From the NCBI GenBank assembly GCA_024231025.1, contig JAAEQW010000150.1, positions 239 to 64,238 on the forward strand: 64,000 bases of DNA. Reading direction: 5' to 3'. Positions 54,998 through 64,000 of this stretch are shown here, piece by piece. Under the pieces are notes generated by a model. It was not told the origin of the DNA and did no database searches. It saw only the letters and a list, made by a program, of their open reading frames with translations. This DNA comes from Candidatus Omnitrophota bacterium (GTDB lineage: Bacteria > Omnitrophota > Gorgyraeia > Duberdicusellales > 4484-171). Positions within the stretch are counted from its first letter, which is position 1; each line of letters starts with the position of its first letter. Position numbers and translations under genes: made by a program.

Positions 54998-57801
54998 GCG
55001 ATGTTATTACGTATAGCTTTAAAGACAATTTTATAGAAAAACTTTCTGATTTTCTTTATGATGACTTTTATAAAAAAGGTAAGTCGCTGGAGCGGGTTGC
55101 GTGTTGTTTTGGGGGAAAACGGCCGGCTTTATTCTTGCGTAAAGCGCTTAGCCGCAAAATCAAAACAAGCTATATTGGCCCGAGTGTATTTTCAATTGAT
55201 GAGTTTATAAACTATACTATTTCGCCAACAGCCCCCATAAAGCAGATAACCAGCCTTGACTCAAGCTTTTTGATTTATAGTTTAGCTAAAAAGCATGCCC
55301 CCGATATATTAAAAGGGCGCGATAATTTTGCTGAGTTTTTGCCCTGGGCCAGGGAGATAATTTCTTTTATTGAGCAAATTGACTGCGAAGATGTTGAAAG
55401 TAAAAATTTAGTCAATATTGAGAAAAGTGCTGATATTGGATATGAAATACCCGATAGCATAAATGCTTTGCTAAAGCACATTATAAAGCTGCGCAAATAT
55501 TATCACCAATCTTTAAGTGAGCAGGATCTTTATTCGAGGGGAACCAAATATCTTAAGGCAAAGGAAAAAGCTATTACCAATAGTTTTGACTCATTTGATA
55601 AAATCATATTTTGTAACTTCTTTTATATTAATTCTTCCGAAGCCGGGCTTATGAAAGCAATCCGCAGCAAGGGAAAGGGGATTTTTATTTTTCAGGGCAG
55701 CCAAGATGATTGGTCGGTGCTTGGTAAAAATGCCAAGAATTTTGGTGTACCAATTACTTGTCCCAAGCCCGCAATGGGTGATTTTAAACTTTATCAGGCT
55801 TTTGATATTCATTCTCAAGTTGCCGCAGTTAACGAGATAGTAAAAGCCGGCCCATGCGATAACACAGTTATAGTTTTGCCGCGTTCGGAGGTAGTTATCC
55901 CATTATTAACGCAGGTAAATTTGGGCAGTGAGTTTAATGTTTCAATGGGGTACCCATTGCGCCTGAGTCCGCTTTATGCTTTATTTAACTTATTAGCTAA
56001 AGCACAAGAAAATAAAAAAAATGGTAAGTATTATACCCGCGATTACTTAAATGTTCTTCGTCACCCATTGATTAAAAACCTTAAAATTACCTCCAGCGAA
56101 ATAATTAGCCGTGTGCTTATCCACAAATTGGAAGAGTCACTTTGCGGCTTCGATGAAACATCGATTGGCGGTAGCCTTTTTTTAAGTTTAGATGAAATTG
56201 AAGCAGAAGAAAAAATATTTCTACTTACCAAAGAGACCCTCAGTAATATGAAAACAGAGGCGAGCATTGAGGAATGTCGGCTTACTTTAAAGGAAATACA
56301 TTCTTTGGTTTTGCGTCAATGGGAAGGGGTTAACACTTTTGTGAAGTTTGCCGAAAATATGGGTGCTCTTTTAGACGTGTTGGTCGACAAAAGCATACTT
56401 TATAAGTTTGCTTTTAATTCGAAAGTTATTAACAGACTCTACGGCGTCAAAGATGATTTAGAAAATTTATCATTTTGCAACGAACACTTCCAGTCTGGTC
56501 AACTCTGGGACATATTTGGCCAGTTTTTACAAGGCGATAAGCTTTCTTTTTCCGGGTCACCGTTACGGGGTATGCAAGTTTTAGGGCTCTTTGAAACTCG
56601 ATCACTTAATTTTGATAATGTTATTATTGTTGATGCTAACGAGTCGGTGTTGCCCAAATTAAAAATATATGAACCATTGATTCCTCGTGAGGTAATGCTG
56701 AATCTTGGCCTAAACCGTCTTGAAAAAGAGGAAGAAATTCAGCGTTATCAATTTATGCGTTTGATTGCATCTGCTAAGGGCGTTCATTTAATTTATGAGG
56801 AAAGCTCCAATAAGGAAAGAAGCCGTTTTATCGAAGAGCTAATATGGAACAAGCAGAAACAAAGCGCTAAGTTAATGGCGATTCCCCCGCAGAAGATGAG
56901 TTTTGAAGTTAAAGTTTGCAGCAACGACAAAGTAATTGAGAAGACACCGGAGATGGTGCAATACTTAAGGCAAGCGACTTATTCAGCAAGCAGAATTAAT
57001 ACTTATTTGAGTTGTCCGTTAAATTTTTATTACAACTATTGCTTAGGACTAAAGGAAAAAAAAGATTCACTTGATGATCCTCAGGCCTCAACGGTGGGAA
57101 CTTTTATTCATGAACTTCTGGAAGATGTTTTCAGCCGGTTTCTCAGCACTCAACCAATTATTGATAAGGCGTTTCGCGTTTATTTTTTTAAAAGAATGGA
57201 TGAGCGCTTTAAGCATCAACTTACGCGTAGAATGAAGTCGGATTCATTTTTACTGAAAAAAATTATGACCATTCGAATGAACAAATTCTTAGATGCAGAA
57301 AGCAAGCGTAACGTTAAGCGCGTTATTTGTCTTGAAAAGAAAATAAAAGATACCATGACAATAATGGGCAATGATATTGAGTTTGTTTATACTGCCGATA
57401 GGGTTGACGAGCTCGGTGATGATAGTATAGTAATTATAGACTATAAAACCGGCGCAAGTAATATTGTCCCTAAAAAATTAAAGGCATTAGAGGCAATGGA
57501 AATGACACGTCCGTCGATTAAGGAAAATATACGTTCTTTTCAATTGCCGTTGTACTATTATTTTACTGAGAAGCAATACCCAGAACGTTCAATTAACGCT
57601 GAACTGTACAATTTAAGAACTACCGAACGTAAACCTTTTATATCTGATGCTAATCGCGCCTCGGTAGATAAGATGATGCAGGCTTGCAATAAAGCTTTGG
57701 AGTGTATTTTTTCTGATATTTTTGATATAAATGTACCGTTTGTCGCCGACAAAAACGAAAGGCGTTGTAGATTTTGCCCGTTTACAATGTTTTGTGAATA
57801 A
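54994..57801 (+). CDS. addB: AddB-like nuclease subunit with PD-(D/E)XK domain and Cys4 iron-sulfur cluster staple
   Basis: No functional Walker A. C-terminal DRVDEL...IIDYKTG nuclease motif. Cys pattern C-P...CRFCPFTMFC (1 + CxxCx5C) as in AddB. Translationally coupled to addA. Confidence 0.7.
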   Translation: MSDVITYSFKDNFIEKLSDFLYDDFYKKGKSLERVACCFGGKRPALFLRKALSRKIKTSYIGPSVFSIDEFINYTISPTAPIKQITSLDSSFLIYSLAKKHAPDILKGRDNFAEFLPWAREIISFIEQIDCEDVESKNLVNIEKSADIGYEIPDSINALLKHIIKLRKYYHQSLSEQDLYSRGTKYLKAKEKAITNSFDSFDKIIFCNFFYINSSEAGLMKAIRSKGKGIFIFQGSQDDWSVLGKNAKNFGVPITCPKPAMGDFKLYQAFDIHSQVAAVNEIVKAGPCDNTVIVLPRSEVVIPLLTQVNLGSEFNVSMGYPLRLSPLYALFNLLAKAQENKKNGKYYTRDYLNVLRHPLIKNLKITSSEIISRVLIHKLEESLCGFDETSIGGSLFLSLDEIEAEEKIFLLTKETLSNMKTEASIEECRLTLKEIHSLVLRQWEGVNTFVKFAENMGALLDVLVDKSILYKFAFNSKVINRLYGVKDDLENLSFCNEHFQSGQLWDIFGQFLQGDKLSFSGSPLRGMQVLGLFETRSLNFDNVIIVDANESVLPKLKIYEPLIPREVMLNLGLNRLEKEEEIQRYQFMRLIASAKGVHLIYEESSNKERSRFIEELIWNKQKQSAKLMAIPPQKMSFEVKVCSNDKVIEKTPEMVQYLRQATYSASRINTYLSCPLNFYYNYCLGLKEKKDSLDDPQASTVGTFIHELLEDVFSRFLSTQPIIDKAFRVYFFKRMDERFKHQLTRRMKSDSFLLKKIMTIRMNKFLDAESKRNVKRVICLEKKIKDTMTIMGNDIEFVYTADRVDELGDDSIVIIDYKTGASNIVPKKLKALEAMEMTRPSIKENIRSFQLPLYYYFTEKQYPERSINAELYNLRTTERKPFISDANRASVDKMMQACNKALECIFSDIFDINVPFVADKNERRCRFCPFTMFCE

Positions 57802-57804
57802 TTT

Positions 57805-58926
57805 ATGATTAGTAAATCATTTTTCCTAAAACTTCATGAATCAGCGAGCATGCAGCGCTGGAACGATCAAATTCGCACGGTAGAGCTTACCGAACTAGAC
57901 AAACAAGCGCATAAGATGATTATTGCTTATGTGCTGGGCAAGTATGAGCAGGATTTAAATAATAAAGATTTCAACTGGATTGAAGTGATTGAAGGTGGAA
58001 TTTTTGAATTTCTGCAAAGAACTATTCTCACTGATTTGAAACCGCCTCTTTTTCATCGCATAAAAGAGGACCATAAAAAATATAAAATGCTAAATACCTG
58101 GGTTTATGAAAGGATAAATCCGGTTATGGCATGTTTGGGTGATGATTTCTGCTTTCGTTTTAAAAAATATCTTCTTGATCCAGAGCGCAATATTAATCGG
58201 CGCATTATTAGTGCAGCCCATTTTTATGCAACAAAATGGGAGTTTGACATTATTGAACGAGCCAATCCTGATGGATACGAGATTGAGGAGATCGCTTGTG
58301 ATATTGTTGCTAAGCAAGAGAAATACCATGATCTTGAAAGTATGCAAATGCTTCTTTCCTCACAAAACTTAAAAAAGTTTGTTGATATTTGTGCTCAATT
58401 GCGTTTTCAAATTCGCTGGAGTCACCTGCATAGAGTGCCTAAGACTTCTGTATTGGGGCATATGTTAATTGTTGCGATGCAAGCGTACCTATTTTCTTTA
58501 GAGATTGGTGCAAGTAAGCAGCGATGCGTAAACAATTATTTTACTGGTCTTTTTCATGATTTGCCGGAGGTTTTAACGCGTGACATTATTAATCCGGTTA
58601 AAAAGTCTATTGAGGGTCTTAAAGCTTTGATTGAAGAGTATGAGCGCCAGGAAATGGAGAAAAAGATTTATAAACTTCTTCCCTTACAGTGGTGTGCGCA
58701 GATGAAAAGCTTTACCGAAGATGAATTTATAACCACTAAAACGCGCGATGGACAACTAGTGAAAGCTGCCGATGATTTGTCGGCGTTTATTGAAGCATAT
58801 TTAGCAATGAAAAATGGGATACAGAGTGAAGACTTAGAAGGGGCAAAATATTCTTTGATTGAGCAATATAAAGATAAGGTTATTAGTGGAGTCGATTTCG
58901 GACGTATTTATAAGAGTTTTGAATAA
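57805..58926 (+). CDS. HD-domain phosphohydrolase family protein
   Basis: LGHMLIV...LFHDLPE (H...HD) metal-binding motifs. Immediately downstream of addAB. Confidence 0.6.
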   Translation: MISKSFFLKLHESASMQRWNDQIRTVELTELDKQAHKMIIAYVLGKYEQDLNNKDFNWIEVIEGGIFEFLQRTILTDLKPPLFHRIKEDHKKYKMLNTWVYERINPVMACLGDDFCFRFKKYLLDPERNINRRIISAAHFYATKWEFDIIERANPDGYEIEEIACDIVAKQEKYHDLESMQMLLSSQNLKKFVDICAQLRFQIRWSHLHRVPKTSVLGHMLIVAMQAYLFSLEIGASKQRCVNNYFTGLFHDLPEVLTRDIINPVKKSIEGLKALIEEYERQEMEKKIYKLLPLQWCAQMKSFTEDEFITTKTRDGQLVKAADDLSAFIEAYLAMKNGIQSEDLEGAKYSLIEQYKDKVISGVDFGRIYKSFE

Positions 58927-58938
58927 AGGGAGGAGAAG

Positions 58939-59481
58939 ATGAAAAAGTTTTTCATTACGATGATGGTGGGTTTATTTTTATTTAATGGATGTGGGGAGGG
59001 TAATGCTATGGAAGAGAAGAAGGTTGTTCTACAAACAAATCAGGGCGATATTGAAATTAAACTAATGCCGGAGATAGCGCCAAAGACTTGTGAAAATTTT
59101 ATCGGCTTGATAGAAAAAGGGTATTATGATGGAATAATTTTTCATCGCATTATACCGAATTTTATGGTTCAAGGTGGTGATCCTACCGGAACCGGCAGAG
59201 GTGGCGAGTCACTTTGGGGGCAGCCATTTGAAGATGAAGTAACTCAATCGGTTGGGTTCACCAAGCCCGGATTGCTTGCTATGGCAAATGCCGGTCCAAA
59301 CACTAATGGCAGTCAGTTTTTTATTACGACTGCAGCTACTGGCTGGCTGAATATGAAACACACTATCTTTGGTGAAGTTACCTCAGGCTATGATGTAGTA
59401 GAGAAGATCGAAGGCGTAGAAACTGGTCCTGGTGATAAGCCAGTTGATGAACAGAAAATAATAAAAGCCTACGTTAAATAG
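58939..59481 (+). CDS. ppiB: cyclophilin-type peptidyl-prolyl cis-trans isomerase, lipoprotein
   Basis: FHRIIPNFMVQGGDP...GRGGESLWG cyclophilin core; lipobox LFNGC. Confidence 0.85.
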   Translation: MKKFFITMMVGLFLFNGCGEGNAMEEKKVVLQTNQGDIEIKLMPEIAPKTCENFIGLIEKGYYDGIIFHRIIPNFMVQGGDPTGTGRGGESLWGQPFEDEVTQSVGFTKPGLLAMANAGPNTNGSQFFITTAATGWLNMKHTIFGEVTSGYDVVEKIEGVETGPGDKPVDEQKIIKAYVK

Positions 59482-59528
59482 TGTAAAACTATAATTGGTT
59501 TTAAGTTATAGGTTGTAGGTTTTAAGTT

Positions 59529-59612
59529 CGGAAATCCGGAAAAACTTACAACTTATAACTTACGACCGTACAAGGATTAAGTGATAAGGATTAAGAATTT
59601 TCCGGATTTCCG
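59529..59612. mobile_element. 84-bp MITE-like element with perfect 15-bp terminal inverted repeats (CGGAAATCCGGAAAA ... TTTTCCGGATTTCCG)
   Basis: The TIRs are exact reverse complements. The interior holds ACTTACAACTTATAACTTAC and GGATTAAG repeats. Partial copies lie at 9869-9912 (left half) and 60340-60430 (right half). Confidence 0.55.
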
Positions 59613-59665
59613 GACTTAATACTTACCACTTACGACTTACGACTAAGTGTGGTTCTTAAGCAACG

Positions 59666-60226
59666 TTAATACCATTTTGCGATGAATTCACAGTGGTCGG
59701 CTCCATCAAGTTGGCAGGAAATCTCTTTAATCGCTATTCCGTGTGCGCCGCTTACTTCGAGTGTTCCTTTGGAATAACCCATTAAATAGTGGCAGTATGC
59801 TTTGTGGGGTATTTGGTTTTCATAAAGTGCGGCAACGGCAGAATTTTTGTCAGCCAAATCAACTTTTAGTCTGCCGTAATTATTGAGTTGGTTCCAAAGG
59901 CGAGAGCCTCTGGTTATTACATATCCTGGATCACCAAATTTAATGAATATCTTATATATTGTTGGGATGCTTTCTTTAGCTATAAGTGTGCCGATTTTTT
60001 CACTTACTGCGTAATCTCCACAGCCAAAGATTTCATCGGCCAAAGCGATAAGCCTGACAAAAGGTTCCTTTGGCTGCCAGGAACTGGCGGCGATGCGACT
60101 TTGAAGAACCATTCTGCCTTGTTGATTCATTTCTTGCATTATCATCTCAAGAGCGTCCGGACCAAACAGATTGGTTACTGTTTTTCTTGCCTGATTGTAC
60201 ATTTGTCCTTTGATACATGGAATCAT
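59666..60226 (-). CDS. hypothetical protein, possibly V4R-like (paired C-terminal Cys: C-x24-C-x7-C)
   Basis: 186-aa ORF on the opposite strand to all its neighbours. It is bracketed by direct copies of the dispersed repeat (59570-59650 and 60340-60430). Confidence 0.4.
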   Translation of the reverse strand: MIPCIKGQMYNQARKTVTNLFGPDALEMIMQEMNQQGRMVLQSRIAASSWQPKEPFVRLIALADEIFGCGDYAVSEKIGTLIAKESIPTIYKIFIKFGDPGYVITRGSRLWNQLNNYGRLKVDLADKNSAVAALYENQIPHKAYCHYLMGYSKGTLEVSGAHGIAIKEISCQLDGADHCEFIAKWY

Positions 60227-60339
60227 TGACCTTCTCCCTTTGCAATTATGATAGCAATCTACCTTTAGTATGTCAATGGGTTACATCAAAGTTGGTTATC
60301 AAATAGCTAAAAGCGAAAATCTAAGAGCGTAAGACCACG

Positions 60340-60430
60340 CAAGGATTAAGCGATAAGGATTAAGGATTAAGAATGAAGTTTTTCCGGATTTCCGAACTTA
60401 AAACTTACAACTAATAACTTAAGACTAAGA
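60340..60430. repeat. partial copy of the MITE-like element (right half: GGATTAAG tandem + TTTTTCCGGATTTCCG + ACTTA-type heptamers)
   Basis: About 85% identical and co-linear with 59570-59650. Confidence 0.6.
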
Positions 60431-60477
60431 TCCAAATATGGATCGTCTAATTGGGTTTTTTCTGATATAATTATTGC

Positions 60478-60657
60478 ATGAAAATATTTTCAAAAATGCT
60501 GCTCATTGTGGTGTTAATCCTTGTGGGGTTTTCCTCAAATGGTTGCGCGGCTTTATCGCTTCCCTTTCAAGCGATTTCAACAGTTCTTAATTTAGTAGGG
60601 GAAGCCTTTAAACTTGCCCAGAGCTTGCCCAAACCTCCTCCGGGCGTATTTTTTTAA
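60478..60657 (+). CDS. small lipoprotein (59 aa), below the ORF-track length cutoff
   Basis: Manually translated as MKIFSKMLLIVVLILVGFSSNGCAALSLPFQAISTVLNLVGEAFKLAQSLPKPPPGVFF. It has a signal peptide and lipobox and ends 4 nt before the U32 ATG. Confidence 0.4.
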   Translation: MKIFSKMLLIVVLILVGFSSNGCAALSLPFQAISTVLNLVGEAFKLAQSLPKPPPGVFF

Positions 60658-60661
60658 TAAA

Positions 60662-61876
60662 ATGCAAAAAAACAAACCTCAGCTAATATCACCGGCCGGT
60701 GACTGGCCCTCACTTAGAAGTGCAGTAGAGGCCGGTTGCGATTGTGTTTATTTTGGGGTTAAGGGTCTTAACATGCGCAATCGGGCGGATAATTTTGACC
60801 TTCTTGAACTGGGTAAAGTGATGGAGTTTCTTCATGGTAACGAAAAAAAAGGTTATCTTGCGCTTAATGTTATTGTGATGGATGGCGAAATAAAAAAGGT
60901 GCGTAAAATATTAGAAACCGCTAAAGAAGCGGCTGTTGATGGAGTAATCCTTTGGGACATGGCTGTTTTTTCCATTGCTAAAGAGTTAGGATTGAATATT
61001 CATATTTCTACTCAGGGGAGTGTATCGAACATAGAGGCTTTATCATTTTTTTCGAAATTAGGTGCTCATCAGGCGGTTCTTGCTCGTGAATGTACCTTAG
61101 AGAACATTAAAGGCATCTCAGAGCAAATTCAGAAACAAGGTATCCCATGTCAGTTAGAAGCTTTCATTCACGGTGCGATGTGCGTAAGCATCTCTGGCAG
61201 ATGTTTTCTTTCGCAGTATACATTTTCTAAGTCGGCTAATCGCGGCGAATGTTTACAGCCTTGTAGACGCGAATATGACATTATTGATAAAGAAGGAGAA
61301 GCCAACTACACCTTAGGGTGCGACTATGTTCTAAGTCCCAAAGATTTATGCACAATTGATTTCCTTGATCAGCTAATTGAAGCAAAAATAGGATCTTTTA
61401 AAATAGAAGGAAGAAAGCGTTCCCCCGAATACATTAAAGTGGTTACTTCAGTGTATCGGCGAGCGATTGATGCTTTTTTTGATGGCGCACTTAATGCGGC
61501 GCTAAAGAGCAAATTAAAAGATGAGTTGAGCAATGTTTATAATCGCGGATTTTCTTCGGGGTTCTACCTTGGTCGGCCTGGCGATGATGTGAGTCGAAAA
61601 CTCCAGCATAATTACGAAAAAGTATATATTGGTGAAGTTGCAAAATTTTTCAAAAAAATTAGTGTTGCTGAAATTCTGATTCAAAACGAATCCTTAAAGC
61701 AAGGCCAGGAAGTGCTTTTTATTGGTAAGAACACTCCTGCTTGTTTTACCACTGTTGAGCAATTGCAGCAAAATCATGCTTTTGTAAGTGAGGTATCTAA
61801 AGGGGAAAGGGTTGGAGTTAAGCTGGCATTTACTGTTCGAAGAAAGGATAAGGTCTTTTTGTGGCGCAAAAAGTGA
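60662..61876 (+). CDS. peptidase U32 family protein (collagenase-like / RlhA-YhbU family)
   Basis: KPQLISPAGDWPSLRSAVEAGCDCVYFG N-terminal U32 motif. The start is placed at ATG 60662, after the small lipoprotein. Confidence 0.8.
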   Translation: MQKNKPQLISPAGDWPSLRSAVEAGCDCVYFGVKGLNMRNRADNFDLLELGKVMEFLHGNEKKGYLALNVIVMDGEIKKVRKILETAKEAAVDGVILWDMAVFSIAKELGLNIHISTQGSVSNIEALSFFSKLGAHQAVLARECTLENIKGISEQIQKQGIPCQLEAFIHGAMCVSISGRCFLSQYTFSKSANRGECLQPCRREYDIIDKEGEANYTLGCDYVLSPKDLCTIDFLDQLIEAKIGSFKIEGRKRSPEYIKVVTSVYRRAIDAFFDGALNAALKSKLKDELSNVYNRGFSSGFYLGRPGDDVSRKLQHNYEKVYIGEVAKFFKKISVAEILIQNESLKQGQEVLFIGKNTPACFTTVEQLQQNHAFVSEVSKGERVGVKLAFTVRRKDKVFLWRKK

Positions 61877-61915
61877 CTCTGGTCACGAACCTTTTAATAT
61901 GGTAATATTTAGTCG

Positions 61916-63811
61916 ATGATTACAGAAAATAAGTTAGGTTTATGGGATGTTTTTTGCATGGCAACCGGGGCGATGATCTCTTCTGGTTTGTTTGTCTTGC
62001 CTGCGCTTGCCTACCGTTATGGTGGGCCATCAATAGTGATTTCTTATGTCCTTGCCGGTGTACTGGTGCTTCCGTCGGTGTTAAGTAAGGCTGAATTGAT
62101 TTCAGCAATGCCGAAAGCAGGAGGAACGTATTTTTTTATTGAACGTAGTTTTGGGCCGATTTCCGGAACATTTAGCGGTTTTGCTAATTGGTTTTCAATA
62201 AGTTTAAAAGGTGCTTTTGCTTTAGTTGGTATGGGTGCTTTTTTGGAATATTTCTTTCCTAACGTGAGCTATATGGAGATAAAGATTGCCGCGGCAATTT
62301 TTTGTGTATTCTTTATGTTAATCAACGTTTACAGCGTTAAAGCAAGCTTACGTGTTAACAATCTCATGGTAGTCTTTTTGCTTGGTGTTTGTGCTCTTTA
62401 TGTGGTGGGAAGCTTTATTGTTCTAAGCGGCAAAATGATTCCCTATGAGCACATTAGTCCGTTTATGCCCGGAGGATTAAAAGGCATTCTCTCTGTTGCA
62501 GGGATGGTTTTTATTTCTTATGGTGGTCTTACCAAAATTGCAACCATCGCTGAAGAAGTGAATAAGCCTTCAAAAACCATACCAAAAGCGATGTTTATTT
62601 CTTTTTTCGTAGTTCAAACTATATATGTACTTTGTGTTATTGTAACGATTGGTCTTTTATCTCCAAAAGAGCTAGGTTCAACGCTTATTCCTTTAACCCA
62701 TGGTGGTTTAAAAATGGGAGGAATGTTGTTTGGGGGATTTCTTTCGTTGGCGGCACTGGTCGCTTTTATAACGACAGCAAATGCCGGTATTGTTTCTTCG
62801 TCGCGTGTACCTTTAGCAATGGCTAAAGATGGTCTTTTGCCCAGCAGGTTTTCAACGGTTTCTTCTAAGCGGGGAGTACCGTATTTTTCTATCATAGTAA
62901 CTGGATTTTTTATGCTTACCTTGATTTTATTTCTAGATTTAGACAGCTTGGTTAAGACGGCTTCGACTTTGATGATAATTCTTTTTATGTATGTTAATCT
63001 TTCAGTAATCATTATGCGTGAGAGCAAAATCATAAATTATCGGCCACTCTTTCGTGCGCCACTTTATCCGTGGTTGCAAATAATTGCGATTATTGCCTAT
63101 GGTTTTCTGATTTATGAAATGGGTTATATTCCGCTTTTGATTGCCGCTATCTTTATTGGTTTAAGTCTTCTTTGGAATCTTTTTTATGTACGTAATAGAA
63201 TTAAGCGTCAATCTGCCTTGATGCATTTGGTGGAAAGAGTTACTGCTAAAGAATTTGTTGATACATCATTGGAAGAGGAGTTAAAAAAGATTCTTCACAA
63301 GCGTGACAATGTAATTAAGGATCGTTTTGATAGTTTGATTGAGAATTGTCCAGTGTTGGATATTGAAGAGTCAATGGAGCGCGATGAATTTTTCGACATC
63401 ATTTCGGATCTTCTCGCTAAAGAATTCGATATTAAGCCAGCGAAAATTAAAAAATTACTGATAGCAAGAGAAGAAGAGTCGCATACGGTTATTGATAAGG
63501 GATTAGCTATACCGCATATAGTTATTCCTGGTAAGGGCAAATTTGAAGTTATTGTTGTTCGTGCGCAAAAAGGAATAATTTTTTCTGTTGATGAGGAACC
63601 TGTTAATATAATTTTTGTCTTAGCCGGAAGTCACGATGAACGTAATTTCCATTTGCGTTCTTTGATGGCTATTGCCAACATCGTGAAAGAACCACATTTT
63701 TATAAGCAGTTTACTGGTGCGCGCAACGATGAAACCCTTCGGATTTTGATTCTGTCGTCAACAAGGAAGCGGCACAAAAATGTTTTTAATCTACATAAAA
63801 AGAGAAAATAA
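61916..63811 (+). CDS. APC-family amino-acid permease fused to a C-terminal PTS EIIA type-2 (Ntr-like) regulatory domain
   Basis: About 12 TM helices. The ~150-aa C-terminal domain carries GLAIPH (phosphorylatable His) and PVNIIFVLAGSHDE blocks, paralleling PtsN at 15177. Confidence 0.7.
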   Translation: MITENKLGLWDVFCMATGAMISSGLFVLPALAYRYGGPSIVISYVLAGVLVLPSVLSKAELISAMPKAGGTYFFIERSFGPISGTFSGFANWFSISLKGAFALVGMGAFLEYFFPNVSYMEIKIAAAIFCVFFMLINVYSVKASLRVNNLMVVFLLGVCALYVVGSFIVLSGKMIPYEHISPFMPGGLKGILSVAGMVFISYGGLTKIATIAEEVNKPSKTIPKAMFISFFVVQTIYVLCVIVTIGLLSPKELGSTLIPLTHGGLKMGGMLFGGFLSLAALVAFITTANAGIVSSSRVPLAMAKDGLLPSRFSTVSSKRGVPYFSIIVTGFFMLTLILFLDLDSLVKTASTLMIILFMYVNLSVIIMRESKIINYRPLFRAPLYPWLQIIAIIAYGFLIYEMGYIPLLIAAIFIGLSLLWNLFYVRNRIKRQSALMHLVERVTAKEFVDTSLEEELKKILHKRDNVIKDRFDSLIENCPVLDIEESMERDEFFDIISDLLAKEFDIKPAKIKKLLIAREEESHTVIDKGLAIPHIVIPGKGKFEVIVVRAQKGIIFSVDEEPVNIIFVLAGSHDERNFHLRSLMAIANIVKEPHFYKQFTGARNDETLRILILSSTRKRHKNVFNLHKKRK

Positions 63812-64000
63812 ATGGTAAGAACGAAAATAATTGCTACTCTTGGGCCATCAAGTAGCCAAGAGAGTGTTTTGCGAAAAATGTTTACAAACGGGCTCGACAT
63901 CGTTCGCCTTAACTTTTCTCATGGTACCCATCAGCAGCATTTAGAGATGGTTAAAATCATTCGCAGTTTGAATAAAAAAATGCGCCGGCGAATAAAGATA
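63812..64000 (+). CDS. pyk: pyruvate kinase, N-terminal fragment (runs off window end)
   Basis: KIIATLGPSS...VRLNFSHG motif. ATG lies 1 nt after the permease stop. Confidence 0.75.
   Translation, partial: MVRTKIIATLGPSSSQESVLRKMFTNGLDIVRLNFSHGTHQQHLEMVKIIRSLNKKMRRRIKI

Overview
This 64-kb window comes from an AT-rich bacterium of roughly 40% GC with a diderm-type envelope, judged from the presence of LpxB and an MsbA-like exporter. The lineage cannot be named from sequence alone. Most of the window is densely packed, mainly plus-strand housekeeping genes. These include pckG, purC and mnmG; a divergent lpxB-oxidoreductase pair; msbA; the rpsB-tsf-pyrH-frr operon; a tRNA-Lys/Leu/Gly cluster; a PTS-Ntr-type cluster (ptsN, yvcK, ptsH, ptsI); an aromatic amino-acid block (pheA, hisC-like, DAHP synthase, tyrA); cmk, lepA and lepB; pgsA and plsY; recA-htrA-recX-alaS; hisD, hisB, hisH and hisA; rplM-rpsI; ribBA, ribH, nusB and ribD; an addAB-like helicase-nuclease pair with an HD-domain gene; a cyclophilin lipoprotein; a U32 peptidase; and the start of pyk. 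The outstanding element is a monocistronic, terminator-bracketed 7.6-kb gene at 43149-50723. It encodes a 2,524-aa signal-peptide-bearing protein that embeds a complete GAPDH homologue followed by a triosephosphate-isomerase homologue, both with catalytic residues intact. These sit downstream of four ~112-aa tandem repeats and a weaker class-II-aldolase-like segment. I am not aware of this architecture having been described. Other notable items are a REP-like hairpin family (GTAGGGGCCG-n-CGGCCCT) with an adjacent truncated RAYT-type transposase remnant; a MITE-like element with perfect 15-bp terminal inverted repeats whose partial copies flank a small minus-strand ORF; dispersed heptamer microsatellites (TGGTCTC, GTAAGTT), one of them in frame inside hisH; a 46-bp perfect duplication of the 5' end of tRNA-Lys; and an APC amino-acid permease with a C-terminal PTS EIIA(Ntr) domain. 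No CRISPR array, integrase or prophage was seen.
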